Assembly (NCBI GenBank): GCA_030141605.1
Contig: JAQGDQ010000252.1
Coordinates: 261,482-325,481, forward strand
DNA from: Tubiluchus corallicola
Taxonomy: Eukaryota; Animalia; Priapulida
DNA: 64,000 bases
Direction: 5' to 3'
Part shown: in pieces, positions 1 to 14,556 of the stretch
Numbering within the stretch: the stretch's first letter is position 1
Layout of the letters: each line of letters begins with the position of its first letter
Notes under the pieces: model-generated
Databases searched by the model: none
What the model was told of the DNA's origin: nothing
What the model saw: only the letters and a program-made list of their open reading frames with translations
Translations under genes and position numbers: made by a program

Positions 1-2319
1 AATATTAGACTATGGAGAAAACGAATAGGAGAGAAAGAGAACCTAGGAACGGAAAGAATTCTGTAAGGGCTCAATTTAAAGGACTTTTAAAAACTACACA
101 CAGAACTTAATCAAACTATGCAAAAAACTATTTTTCTTGTCTTCAGTGTATGGTTCTTAGTCTAGCACTACTTAGCACTTTAGAAAACTGTGATAGAAAT
201 CTAGTAATAAAACAAACATATTTAAATTTAAATATATATTTTGTTAAATAGATTTTACGTACAGATTCTATAAATTGTATTACATATCGAGATTATTCAT
301 TCAAATTACGAACCAGCTTGTGAAAACAATTATTTTTGGTACATTAAGAACTGTTCGAGGTTTAAAACAATGTAAAAACAAAAACAATTCAATCGCTAAA
401 AGTGCTTTGATACTTTGATTATTTACCTAGGCAGGGTTGTTAGTACCAGTCAAAAAGATCAAGGATCACTAGATTTTCTGACAAGTTTAAACCAAGGCAT
501 AACAGTCTGACGTGATACAATTCTGATTCCATAGCTTAAGAGCGTTGTATTTGTTGTTAGGGTGCCTCATAAAAGAGTAAGATGGCCTTTCGATTATGCA
601 TCGCAAAGTTATTATAAAGTAATTTTGAAACCAATCCCGGAGGAAGGCGGCTTCTAAAGAAATTTACACTCTCAAGTACTCTAAACGCTACTTTTAAGTA
701 AATAGGTTTTACGTAAATAGTCTATGGCTTAAAAGTAAAAGTGTCATTACTTTAAAAGCAAAGACGATGCATAGACTTTTCAGCTTCAAGGAATTCACTT
801 ACATGATGTCAAACAACAGAATGTTGGCTAAAATCTTAGTACTACTAAAGCTAAGTCTTAAAATGCTAGAATACGTAGGATTTACAAAAAGTCCAGAACA
901 ACAAAAGTAATTGTTGTTGGAAGCAACAAAATACCTTGTAAACGGTTTTTAATACCGTGTTAATTGTGTCTAGGTGTACTAGATATCATAAAATTCAAGA
1001 ACCTTAGCTGCCCGATGTCCATACTTGTAGGCCCTGATAGCCGTAATTACATCGGTTTAGTCGTTGTTCACGCCTGGGAAAAGGCTGTCATACAAAACGT
1101 ATTAAAATTGAATTTAAATTAATGACACAACACAATCATAGACGTGTGACCATGAAAAATGCATTATTGTCATGAGCGAAGTTTCCGGTACAAAGCGCAC
1201 ATTGGGGACTTTATAGACCATTAATTAAAGAATGTCTACTAAGAACAGTATTTTTCAGTGTTCAAAAATGAATTGTGATTTCACAAGCAATAAAAACACC
1301 TACTTCTGCAGGCGTGTAACTATTGCAGCCTAGGTTATTGCATCCTGTTCCATTAGGCCTCCTAAGCTTGTGCCGCTTGTAAGCTTATGTGCAACAATAA
1401 TTAATGTCTAAATAAATATTGTTTCTTTACCCTTCCTGCCGATAATAATGCTTTTTAAACATGCAAACTGATCTTTATTTTGCCACAGAGATCTTTTACA
1501 AGCATATGCAGCGTAATAATATTGCAGACGGGAAAATTTAATAGTGTGACATGGGAAGGGCTGATTGGTCACGGCGCGTGCTAGGCTGTGAAGTTACATA
1601 ACACTATTGTTAGACAGTGAAAGGATGAGTGACAGCTGAGAAAACTTCTTTCAGACTGCTTTATCTGTTATGCTGCCGTGGCAGTTTTTCTCGCTAAGGG
1701 AGGTTGCATGCGTTTTCGAACTTGGCTAAAACACCTTTGCCAGTTCATTGTATCATGTTAGAAGATTGTTTTGAAGTTCCTTAATAACCGGCTACATTAC
1801 GGGCCGGCACAACCATATAATTGTATTAAGTAGACAGGTTGTGAGCAGGATTCTGGTTTGCAGACCACTCACTGTTTGGTTCAGTTCTTCATACATAATA
1901 TAAAATGCAATTTTATTGTTTTAACTCCAGATTATACGAACACGTTAGAAAGTAAATAATTATATATAAAAATTTTACTTACCGCACAAAACAATGCTGC
2001 TACGCGGATCATTTTGATTAAGCCGCATAAAATAGTTTTGCTCCGCTAAAAATCAATAAAAAACAACTCTTTATACCTACTTATTGATATGATACAATTT
2101 AAAATTAAGCAGTAATATGTTTTTTTTTGTTAATTTCACGGCACAACTAACAACCTCCATGGTAAAGCGTTACTTCACTATAGTAAATTAGCTAATTGTT
2201 ATTCTTCAAGAAGACAAAATTAGAGAAATTCTGCTCACCCAAGCACAAGTTAGTTTCGCTGAAAATTGATAAGAAAACAAACCTGTTAAAATTCATTAAG
2301 CTTCTTTTTATAAGTGTAC

Positions 2320-2475
2320 TAGCGCGTATGCGCTGTGACCTAGTTTTCTACGTACTGCGCATGCAGAGCGAAGTGAAAGTGAAAGCTGGTTCAGAGTTCC
2401 GTATCACGGGCGCAGTGTTTTTTCAATGTCATCAAGGCCTGGTGATTCACTAAATCATCAGTGCACTTTCACTGT
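2320..2475. promoter_or_regulatory. CpG-containing promoter/enhancer-like patch with NRF1-like and IRF-E-like motifs
   Basis: TGCGCATGCA at 2356-2365 and AAGTGAAAGTGAAAGC at 2371-2386. A reverse CAGTGAAAGTG lies at ~2464-2474. Confidence 0.3.
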
Positions 2476-3413
2476 AAGACTCCAAAAAAAAAAACTCATC
2501 TATTTTATCAGTAAAATCAGAAACCTTGAGAAACGAATTTAATTTACTTTTCAGCGTGAAAACCCGCCTGTGTTTTATTTTGGCGATCGCGTTAATTTAT
2601 TGTGCGCTCTTCACGTAAAAATAAGTTCTCAGAAGCCCCACAGAAGTCACAAAATTTAGCATTTGCTATAAATTTTTGAAATATTTCATTTTTTCTATTT
2701 TGCTCTTTATTAATTTAGCCAAACATTGCTTTGTGAATATTTTCACTATACTTGTATCACTGTAAAAGTGTTTACATTAATTAAATTACATATTGTCCTT
2801 ATTTGTAAAACTTGAAATAAAATTTAATATTTATAGCTGATAGACAGGTCGCAGTTATTAGAAACTGTGGGGATCCAAAGGCCTAACAGAGGACGTTAGT
2901 TTTAATTAAATTCGTTTTAAAATTATCATAAATGTCGCCACTATTCACTTCCTACAAGGATTATAAATTCTACAAGGACACTCCGTTGAGGAATATTTGA
3001 TTTGCCTGAAGCGATTAATTTGTTATAGTGATGGGTGTGTTTACAGCAATTAGTGCTGTTTTAAATAATTTTTATGATAAATTATGACAGGTAGTTTATC
3101 AAACTGAAACTCTGAGAAAGCAATTCAGCTACACGTCGTGCAGCGAAAATCACCGTAATGGCATTGCAGGCCTATTAATTGTATAGAGTCTAGAACTTGA
3201 CATTCAAGTAACCTTAGTTAAATAAAATATTTCATTGATTTTACCCAATTAATTATGCACCTTTATATTGCAAAATTTGTAGATATTTGGAATTACATGT
3301 ATTGTCAACATGGCCGCAATTAACTAGTACAATTTAACACACTATTACAAACCTGTTCAAGCCTGATTTTTTCCAGCATAATTTCTCGATTCTCTAGTTA
3401 ATGAAGATTTTAG

Positions 3414-3527
3414 TTGACTGACTGATTTGCTGACTAGTTGGCTGGTTGAGTGGGTGACCGACCACTAACTGACTGCCTAAGCTAACTAACTCTGACAAGC
3501 TGACTGACTCATTGAATGACTGACTCT
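3414..3527. repeat. Degenerate (TGAC/CTAA)n tetranucleotide repeat
   Basis: GACTGACTGA..CTAACTGACTG..GCTGACTGACTC with 4-bp periodicity. Confidence 0.6.
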
Positions 3528-6500
3528 GCCACACGAGCAATTCACGAATACCAATTACTGAACAAGTAGCAAAATGACAAAATTACGCAACCTCACGTTA
3601 CGAAATCACGAGTAAGCTGACACAGCGAAGGTGCTCCAATTCTAGTTCCTGATATTACGCTGCGTTGAAATGACAAATAAAAAACGGACAAACTTGAAGA
3701 CGTACATACAGTCAAACAAACAAACAAAAATAAAGAAAAACGCGCAACTCTATTTCGTTTAAAGTTCACATTTTAGTCACTTATGTAGGGTCAGTGTTTG
3801 TAAAGCAATTACTTGTCATATACTTAAGTTTTCGTCCGGTAGTAATCAATTATTGAATTTCTGTCAATAAGCCAGCTGTAATTACTAATTACAATATGTA
3901 AACAGTTATTTAATGACGAATGTATCCTTGCACAATTCTCGACATTGTGACGTGCCTTTCATTGTGTAGTCATTTATTCATAACCGAGCTAACAAAAGAG
4001 ATTAATATAGTTGGAATGCAAAGTTGATTGAAAGTCGTTCAGAATTCGGTCGTACAGTGTTGCGTTTACTTTGCGTTTGGAAGCTGTAGCACGGGCTCGT
4101 AAAATTTCTATGGGTACTTCACTAGCGCGATGCTTAACGGATAAACCAAGTTTATTACATGCTGTTGAGAAAAAACGAAGTCTTAAAATAAACAGCATTA
4201 ATCCATAAATCATATTTCTATTCATTTTGCATTTGCAAACTAAATGGTAGTATCTTATTGTGGGCGAAATAAATGTATACAATCTTGACCACTGCTATTG
4301 GTCTGTGGCGTTTGGCTTGTGATCAAAATTTATTTCTAAAATTGCCACTAAAGGTTATTTATTTGCTACCATGAAATGATAAGGTGCGATCTCTGTGTTT
4401 AGCATGGAGCGTGAAGGGTGGGTAAGAGGGGATCGTAGTTCCACCAACAAATAAGTTAATTTTTGACGACTGCCCAAAAGTATAAGGTCCTAATGTTCCT
4501 TCGCCAGTATTTCCAGCAGTGTAACCCTAACAAATTGTTGCAACCTCCCCATCAGCCGACTGATTAAAACACACAAGAAATACTAGATAAAAACTACACT
4601 TATAAGCAATAGCCCATAATAGTAAAATTAAAGTGGTCAGTGTTGACATCGCAACATTACAAAGATCCTTCTTTGTTTCTCACTTGCCCGAATAACTACG
4701 GTGACCTTGATCGTGGACAGGTGTAATGAAAGGCACGTTATGTTCAGCCCCAGGCCATTAATTGGCTACTTTCAACAAACTCTTTGTTTTGTCTCATACC
4801 TAACGCCAAATTAAAAAACGCCAAATTTGTCCTTCTTGCGATGTTTTATAACATCTAATATGAGAAAAATGATTTTTTTGCAAATAAATTTTAAAACAAT
4901 TTTGCAACATTTGTGTTACAGACGACCTTAGAAGACAGCCAGTTAACAAGCTAAGAATTGTCGTTGAATAAAGTCGACTGCACGGTTTATCGTGGATAAC
5001 GTTCAGTACACGACGCGAAATAAAGCCTTTCAAAATAAGACCTATGCTTTAGGCGAGTCTGACAACGTAGGAATTAAACTAACTAACGATGTACCTAGTA
5101 AAATGCTAATGGATCCAGGGGCTTAGGGCGTTTAAATATAACTATAAGTTAACTTTATAGTTGTACCTATAATTTCATGATACAAGATGGCCGTGCTCAG
5201 TTATATTTCACTTATTCCTTCAGCCACTGTGTGCTGAATATAGGTAATAGTATATGCTTAAATATACATACAATTATGTCTATTAGCTGTTCTTTGCTTC
5301 AAAGCTCAAATTTTATAGACCCATGATTAGTGGCTATTCTTATGTGTAATGTTTCACACGTTAGTTAAATTGGGGCAACTTCTCGTGCATGTGATGGTCG
5401 CATTAAGTCGTCAAAAACCTATTTTTCTGCATTAGTTGTTTTCTAATAGATTTATGAGCATGCAAAATTATACATAGAGGAGTAAGACTGTCACCATGTG
5501 TCGTTCCGCAATTCAAAGCGCATAGCTGTTAATAAAATTGTACGTAAGCCTAAATGCCAAAGGCTTTCGTCAAAACTGTTAAAAACGGTTTAGGATATAA
5601 TCGTAGTGTCACAGTGCAATGCCGGTCTGGAGAATGTCCAAACCGTGCATAACCGGTCGCAAAGGGTTCGCAACTTAAGAGTACCCGAAAATTCAGCAGA
5701 AATTTTATTACCTTGATTTTTCTTTTCTTCGAGTCATTTGAAATGTTTGGTTGATCTTAATGAAAAGAATTCCCTGCACACCTGCAGTTGTTTTATGTAA
5801 CTGCTTATGTTTATTTTATCTTATGTTTAAAAAGGTTATGTTTTAGTATATACTCATTATTACAATTGCCAAATATTGTTATAAATTAAGTTGTTTTTGG
5901 CATATTTATAAACTTTAGTTTGTATACAGTGTATTTGGACTAAATATTCTAATTAAATTGAAATATTCTAATCTTAATTAAAAATCACAAAACCACTTAT
6001 GATATAGTTTAAGAATTAAATTTACCTACATTATTATTTTTATTACTGATTCGAAATTTTATTCGAATATCTTTAAAACTGAGTTCGAATTCGACTTCTG
6101 GTAGTGTTTGTCCACCCCTAGTGTGGGGGCTCCGTATAGTCTACTTGCACAGGGCCCGAAATATCCTATGGACTGTGTCAAATAAGGGCATTTGAAACGC
6201 AGGTTGGCAGGTATGGTTTATTCAGGTTAAAATACCTACCCTCACCTATATGAACAGGAAGGATTTGCTCCCACGCTGAAAATATTTGTCCAGGGTGGAA
6301 CAGATTTTCCTCCTGATTACCCGGGAGCGATCTGCGCTGTAATTACGGGCGTTTTTTTCTTTGCACCATGGAATTTCTAGAGTAGATTCGTCGTAGTGCA
6401 GCCGCTGTTTTGCTTCTGACATTTTTTTCATTTTTGGTAGGCGATGTCACGTTTTAGAAGTAAATCAACTCTTTGTTGTATCGGCTTGGAAAGCTGCAGT

Positions 6501-9500
6501 AAGGCATTAAGAGCCTTGCATTAATGTTTTGGACTCTGTACATGGATTATAGACCCTATAAGGCGTAGCCTCATGAGCCAGAATAAGTATTGTTGCACAT
6601 CCCTACATTTGTTTTTTGTATTCCTTTTTATCTGGTTTGTAAAAAATTGATTCACAGATGTTTGATGCCAAAAATGTAAAAAAAAACATTTGAACCAGGA
6701 ACCTTTAAGGGGAAAAAAGACTATTTTAACATACCTGTTTGCAAGACATGTAATTACAAAAGAAAAAGCGTCATATGGTAAAACGGCACTCAATCGCCAT
6801 CCCGGTGTGTACCTCTCACAAAAAAACACATTGTCGATGTTATTGACAATATAAATAAATAATTTAAACTTTTGCTTAGTTTGCGAAGAGTGTGCTACGA
6901 ATGCTCTGGTTATTTTTTCAAATTTCTGCTATATTGTTTAAACTTATTCCAAATGATTTAGCCTCAAAATGGCTGCGCCTAACAGTCATCGCCGGAGCTT
7001 AAATTTACAAGTTTAATACTGCTAACGCTACACAGTAAGATAGCATGTAAATGATATAAAATTTCAATACGAACTTTTTAAGCTTTATTTATGAAGAATG
7101 TTTTCTTGTGCTTTAATGTTGAATTCTCGAGCCTTGTAAAACACTTCACTGTCACATTGTGTTTGTTACGCTTTTAAAAAACAACAACAAAACAACAGGA
7201 AACAAAATTTTTTTTGTTCGCGATGTTCAAGAAGATTGTACATGCCATATCATTTTTATCTTGTAACTTCACACCTAATGTGGAATAGAAAAAACTCCGG
7301 TAAACCTACAAAAAGCATCATCTTATAATTTATTTTGTAATTTATTCACACGCCGTAACGACTTCTGGATGTTTAAAAAATTTTCATAATGCTTTGCAGA
7401 TTACAACACCTCCTGAAGATTTTCTGTGTCAGTTTATTTGCTAAACTTAGCCTGTAAACGTTGCAGTAAATCACCTTATTTGCTTAGACAGCGACAACCT
7501 TGGCTTTGCTAATACCTGTCAGAAGAAAAAACTTGCTGTTGTAACAATAACCTCTACTCTATAGTGTAGAAAGTAATGCATTATATTAACACTTGGTTTA
7601 GTTTATTTTCAATATAGGCCCATAAACAAGCAAACTAGGATTTTAAAAAAGTCATCACCACCGACTTTAACGTAAGTATGGTGAAACTAAAAATCGTATA
7701 CATATATAAGACGCCGAGTGGATCGTTTGTAATGAATGACACGCGGGATGAATGTATACCCTGATGTGAGTTTGGGTTAGGTCACTGACGATTGTGTTGG
7801 ATGCGATAATACTTTTGCATATACTTGTACTGAAGAATTGAAGATAGAAGCATTGTACTGAAGGCTGAATACATGTCTTTGCTGAAGACCATTCGGACGG
7901 ATTTTATGCACATTTATATATTGTAATTAGTAATTGTAATTTGTTATCCACTTCAGCATATAATTACACATTACAATTTGCGTTCATGTTATAACTATTA
8001 TGCATTATAACTAGGAAAAATCAAATAGAATTACATTAATTGTAGCACAACTATATTAATATAGTTACTAAACTACATCAAAGTTTATCAACCAGAAATA
8101 TATGCTGCATGATGGTCGAGAAGCAAAGCTTTCAAACCAACATGAAAAGTGGAATTTTTTTAAACCATATAAACTATATTTAAACTAGGCTAAACACGCA
8201 TGTACAGATACTACTAGTGAAAATTTGAAATCACCAATAATAAATGGTACGTAGCTCGTGGTGGCTTACCATAGTCACGTATCATTGTCTTAAGAATTTA
8301 GTTTTGCTTTTAGAAGTGCAAAAACTAATTACTAAAACTGTGAAATAGCTAAATACGACGTTTTACAAAATTAATCTAAACAAAACAGCGACATGTTTTT
8401 GGCGTTTTTGATCCTGAGTCCTGACACCGAACCTATTTCCTAAGCTGTTCTTCAAAGTAGAAATTCGGCGTTCTCAAACTCAACGTTCCTCTAACAAAGC
8501 ATCAGACACCTCCGGGCTCTATAACACGTACTCGCCTCTTTTTCCCATACCTAACTCTTAACTCCATAACTCATTCCTAAATCAATTGATTAAAGGCGTG
8601 ACATGTGTAAACTCAAGTCACCTAATGTATTTGGACGTGTTTTTCTTTCACGGTTTGATCATTAACCTTGTTGAACAACAGTTGACCCATAAGTGATAAT
8701 TCACTTTCTAGGATGCGCCCAGGTGTAAGTGAATTAATAATGTACCTATCCGAGTGACAAAAACGTAGATTGCGCCCACCCTTAAATGCTATGCAAAACT
8801 TTCTTGATGTGACCGCCAGCATTGGAACCGTTAACGTAATTAGGTAAACTGGCCAGATTCCCCAAGGATGTGCGGGAAATATATTAGCTAATTTCTAAAC
8901 ACCAAGACCCACACCCTACAACTTTTTACATTAGGAGGTTACACCCTAAGACCTAAAGATGATGGTGACAGATAATTTGCCATTTTTCTCTTACACCCAT
9001 AAACGTTACGTCTTTAATCACCCAGTTCCCATTCAACTTACTAGTTGAACTTGCGTGGCCTGAGATATGCAAACTGGGAAATTAAAAAAAGAAATACCAG
9101 TAATACATACATAAGTATACCAATAGATAAGTACATGTCAGTAAATACATACGTACATAAATACCTAACTACCTTTGTTCAATCTCATATTTCTACTAGT
9201 CATTTTCTGCTTAACCAGTTTAAAATTTTTGTTAGGAATTTTAGTGTTTTCTCACTACGAAAATTAAGCTCACTTATGACGTAGTGCTTTTATCTTTTTT
9301 AGCAAAAAGTCAACTGGTTTTAATATTTGTGCTTGTGATCGGGTTTATTAAATTTTTCCGTTTGTGTGGAACGGAATGGGCACTACAGTAAGGGAATTTT
9401 AATGGATACATAACGTAGGACTTGCACAATTAATTATTATTGTTTACTGTTGCATACATTACGCTATATTTCTGATTTTTGTTGCAACCTTGACAAATCC

Positions 9501-10470
9501 CAAATTAATTTTTTTCTAATGCTCTGCACAGAATGTAGGTCGCAGTTTTCAATCTGGACTCGATGGCACCTAAAACTGTGACGTGTCACTGTCATGCGTT
9601 TTCGAAATAATAAGTTCAAAGTATCAGTACTCTTCAATGATTGTTGTTTCTGTCATTCTTTTATTCACAAATTTAGACAACCATGAAATTTTCTCGTGCT
9701 CGTTATATTGACGCTAAGTGGACTCCACCTTCCTGGGGTCGATGTATTATGATCCTATTCTTAGGACTTACTATCTGCTATCAACACCACATACCACATG
9801 ACGGTTCCAGAACACCCAAGTAATTTCTGCATTAATAGTACTTTTTCGCACAAAACACCAGGTTTCTTTGTCTTACTTGGATATGCCTAAAACAGATGTA
9901 CAAATCTTAATTTGTGAACTGCAGAAGCTAGTCAATGATAATCTGTGATTTGACAAGAGCAGTCACCCAAGTGTCAATGCAATGCAACAAAATAACTGCA
10001 TAGAAATCGTAAGCATTTTTTTATTTGTTCTTGAGTACTTAATTCACAAAACAATAAAATGATGAATACAAATTTAGATAAAATTTATGTTATAATTGGC
10101 CTGAACATGACGATTTTGTAGTGTTGCTTCACATGCTTTTAGTTCAATAATAATCGAACTGAGACAAAGAGCCAGAAGCCCCCAATATCTGAAGGGGGCA
10201 TCAGAACTTGACATAACGACTGAAAAAAATATATCTAGAAAATGCAAGTCTTTCTAGCAGCTATAGAACAATAATTTCTAGCTTCGAAACTGTTTTGTAA
10301 AACTATCATTTCTACAATAAAAATACTATTTTTAAGCTGCAAAATGTCTAAGATCTGTTTAATAATTGAAAGATTCAACATTTAGTGCACAGTAGGCCAC
10401 AACTTTTCTTAAGTTCCATTTTTTGTAACTTCCATAGTTAATTATCTAGATTCTTGGTAAAAACATTTAG

Positions 10471-11000
10471 TAACTAGAATAGCACTCAGAAGAGCATGGA
10501 CCTCTGCCAAGGCTGAACAATCCTGTATATGTTAAAACTTGGCTTGATTTTTGCAGTGAAACAATAGAATAATGGAGTGTGACAAAAACAATAGTAAATT
10601 AAAGTACTAAATCAATTAATGTAATTATATACAGTCAGTGTACTAATACACAGTCACATGTGAAGTTTTTAATGACATTTATTAAATTGTAAAATTTAAT
10701 TACTATAATCCTAATTTCATTTGATGATATTATTGTTAATGATGGTGATGGTACACAGCCATAACTAATTAAAGTTTGGTAACAAAAAGCTTGGCATCAA
10801 AATTTAATTAACTGTCAGTTTGTACCATCATTAAATTAGAAACTTCAATGTAACTAACTGAGGTTTTTTTGTCAATAAAATCCACCCTTCCAAAAGTTTC
10901 GTTAAAATCCTTTAAACAGTTCAGTTTTTGTATGTGATATACCTGCTAACTAACAGAAAAACACTCAATGAGCAATAAAGACATAACTGCCTCGGTGGAA
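10471..11000 (+). mobile_element. Helentron-associated (HINE/DINE-1-like) non-autonomous element
   Basis: 5' end TAACTAGAATAGCACTCAGAAGAGCATGGACCTCTGCCAAGGC. The 3' end has AAGTTTCGTTAAAATCC...CTGCTAACTAACAG...ACATAACTGCCTCGGTGGA, a degenerate subterminal inverted repeat. This architecture is typical of HINEs (recalled). Confidence 0.6.
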
Positions 11001-11612
11001 AAAAATTACACATGGATTAAAGATTAGGAATTAGGAAGCAAACTGCACACGATATCGAATTAACGACATAAGTGGTTTAATCAGTGTCTCCTGCTACAGA
11101 GATTTAGCACAGTGTAGAAAAAGTCTGTTACCTATGAATAAAAAATATCCACACGCTTTTGTAATAAGCATATAGTTATAAATACAAAGTAATATATTGT
11201 TAAACATTGAATTTTCTTACAATTTCTGCTTTAAACAAATGACAAGCTATTGTTTGCATGTAAAGAAAACCAAAAGCAAACGAAAAAGATTTAAAAAAAG
11301 ATTTTGCATAAGACAAACAAATACACAGCAGCTGGCTTAGTGAAATGATAAATACAGTTCATACATCACCAGAACATATTATTTCATGTTACTTCTAAAG
11401 TTGTGGACTCAGTACAAACAAATCATGCATTAATCACAACACATCACTTTGTAGAGTTTGTGATGAACATCATCTTACATCAGTGAAACAAATGAGCAGT
11501 GAAATTGCTCAAACATAGATCATATCATTTTGTAACACTAGCTAAGTTTACCTGCAGTATTGTTCAAGTAGAAGAAAGTTTGGCAACAGTTTTCAAAAAT
11601 GCAGATAACACA

Positions 11613-14556
11613 TCACTCATTTGCTGCCACTTGCTTTTCTGCCCTTTCACTGTCTTGCGGTTCAGACCTTGTTGATGGACGTCGATCAGGATGGTGAACC
11701 TTTCGATGTTTGATCAATGTACTAGCCTGAGCAAATCTACGATCGCAGTACAAGCAGTAAAATGGCTTCTCCCCAGTGTGTGTTCTAATATGAACTTGTA
11801 GGGCAGCCTTCTGCACAAAAGACGCATCACATTGCTCACAGACGAAATTCCGCTCGCCCGTATGAGTTCGGATATGCATCTTCAGGTTACCAGATGATGT
11901 AAACGTCGAGTCACAGTAGCTGCATTTGTGCCTCTCCCGGTGATCGGGCAGATGAGACTTCTTGTGCGTGCTCAGACTCGCAGGTTTTATGAAGGATGCT
12001 GGGCACTTGTCGCACTTGAAGCTGCGCACACCCAGGTGTTGGTACTTGTGCTGCAGGAGGGCACTGGAATAAGCAAACCTGGAGTTACACACATTACACT
12101 TGTAAGGTTTCTCTCCGGAATGAACACGTGAGTGCGAGTAGAGATGACCTCGCTGAGTGAATCTCTTTCCACAATCAGGGCATTTATACGGTTTCTCTCC
12201 AGTGTGTAGGCGCTTGTGAACTTTCAGTGAGCTAAGTGCTGAGAACACCTTGCTGCATTCGTCGCAACGGAATGCTTCTTCAACGTTCATTTTTTCGGGA
12301 TGATGACTGCGACGATGCGATGCTAGGTGTCCACTCTGAAAGAATGCAGCTTCACAGTCGCTGCATTGATATGGTCTCTCGCCAGTATGAATGCGCATGT
12401 GAACCTAAAGTGAACAAGACCATACAATATTAACTGAATAATAATTAAATAAAACAAAGAAAATACTTAAAAATAGTAATGAAATGTCAAAGAGAACATT
12501 CACGCTCTCAAATTGTTAAAAATGAATGAATTTAGTCAATTCTCATTTCACTTAAGTATTAAGTGATAAATATCTAATAATAAATAGCAATTGGACAGTG
12601 AGGACAATTTCAATTATATTCGGTTATTTCATCAAAAACAAAGAAAATGATAACAGACAAGATAACTGGATGATCCATAGTAAATTCTTGTTAAGTTTGC
12701 GATTCAAGCTTTATTACTAAATAATATTTATATCTTATATGATTTCATCATCACTGTTAGGTAATTCATTCACTTTTAATTTCTTCTTGAATGAACAGAA
12801 CTAATCCAATTTAACCTATTGTTATAAAAAAATTAACTAAATGCAAAACAAGTATTACAGCGATAATGGAAAAAGTGAATGCGTATATTAACACATTTGA
12901 TATCATGAAGTACTTGTAATGAATAAACCTGTATATTGCAAAGTGTTTAGCAAACACGTGGTGTCTGCCAGTAGCGTAATTCAATAGTTTACAGGCTTTG
13001 TACAGCTAGTAAAATAATACTAAACTGTGATGATTTAGAAATGATATTCACGAGTGTACATGATAATGATTCTACCCTCTATGTGGTTTCCAAATCTCTA
13101 TTCTAGTATTCCACACTTTTCCGAATTTATACAGCGTAGTTGTATTGTGCATTTGATTTTTAATTACTTGGTATGTTGACTGTTAGGCACAATGTGAATC
13201 GTAGAATAAATGAATATGAAATGAAGCAATAAATATGTAGCAGACCTTTAATGTATTCATTGCTCCATATCGTTTGCCGCACTCTCTGCATTCGAATCTC
13301 TTCTCACTGGGAAACCTGATTGGCATTTGTTTCTTTATGATAAGTTCGTCATCATTGTCATCATCTTCATCACCTTCTAAAAATATGGTAGTGGTCGCCT
13401 CATCATCGTACACAAATGGTGCGTCAATGCTAACCCCTTCGTTCTTGATTTTTTCAAAAACAACTGAAAAAATCATCAGCCGTGTATTAGTGGTCAGAAT
13501 TTGAACAATTACTAGCAATTTGAGCAAACAACAGCAAAATGGCAATTCTGTAGAAACTGCAAGCCAGTAGATGAACAAGCTTAGTCTTATTTTTTAATGT
13601 TTTGAATAACGATAACTATCTCTGACTCTGACTACATGCAAGCATCCAGAGCATTCAAAAATGATCAGATAGTTTCACTCAGAAGCACTGTGTAAACTGT
13701 AAGTTCTTCTACTACAGCTTTTTAGTGTAAGATACTAAGGAGTTACATAAAGTTGTGCTTGTGGCTGATAATCTAAATCTCTTGGAGGAAACGTGAAAAC
13801 TATATACATAATTTGATAAGAAAAGCTGTGGGCTAGCATGGCTCATACGAGCCGATGCTAACTTTTAGAAAAATTGATAGTTGGATTCAATTCTTCTAAA
13901 AGATCTCAACAATGGCTGAGAAAACTTTTTGAAATACAATTGAGTACTTAGTTATCTACTGAAATCACTGTCATTCGCCAGTGCCTGAATAATGAACCAG
14001 CCAGATGTATCCAGCAAGTGTGTTTCGCGAATATAATTTTAAGTGCCACCTAATCAGACGTACCATCATGCTTCTTTCCCAAGTGTAGAATGAGTTGCTG
14101 CACAGTGTCAAAACCCTCATTGCAATATGTACAATGTGCCTCGTCACTAGATTCCTCTTTATTATGGCTGGCAACATGCTGTTTGAAAGCATCTTCTTCC
14201 GAATAAAGTTTGTCACACTGCTCGCATTTGAACACTTTGGTGAACTTCAGTGCACCCCAACTGGGGTTGACCACCACGTTTTCATTTATCTCTTCATCAT
14301 TCAGACCACTATGATCAGCATCAATGTGCGAAGCCAATTCTTCCAGTGATGTAAAGTTTGTGTCGCATATACTGCAGGACAAATTGGCATTGTGGGATTC
14401 TTCAACATGTAGCTGTAACTGTGAATCCTTTGTGAAGAGGGCATCACAGTCGCCACACTGATATAGTTTGAAACATGCATGTTGATCCACCATGTGCTGT
14501 AGAAGTAATTTAGCTTCTTCAAAAGTCTCACTACACTGATCACATTTGTGATCCAT
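11613..14556 (-). CDS. C2H2 zinc-finger protein, 14 fingers, 500 aa; coding exons 14556-14064, 13463-13246, 12404-11613
   Basis: GT-AG introns join the three exons in phase (1, 0). Exon 1 has five CxxC..H(x3-4)H fingers. An acidic linker (EGDEDDDNDDE) follows, then nine classical fingers, several with TGE(K/R)P linkers. Finger 6 is split by the intron (TLK|VHMRIH). A TTTTCAG acceptor lies 23 nt upstream of the ATG, so the 5'UTR is spliced. Confidence 0.93.

Noticed and set aside
7728-7975. Possible solo LTR (TGTAATG...CATTACA)
   Set aside because: No matching target-site duplication, PBS or PPT.
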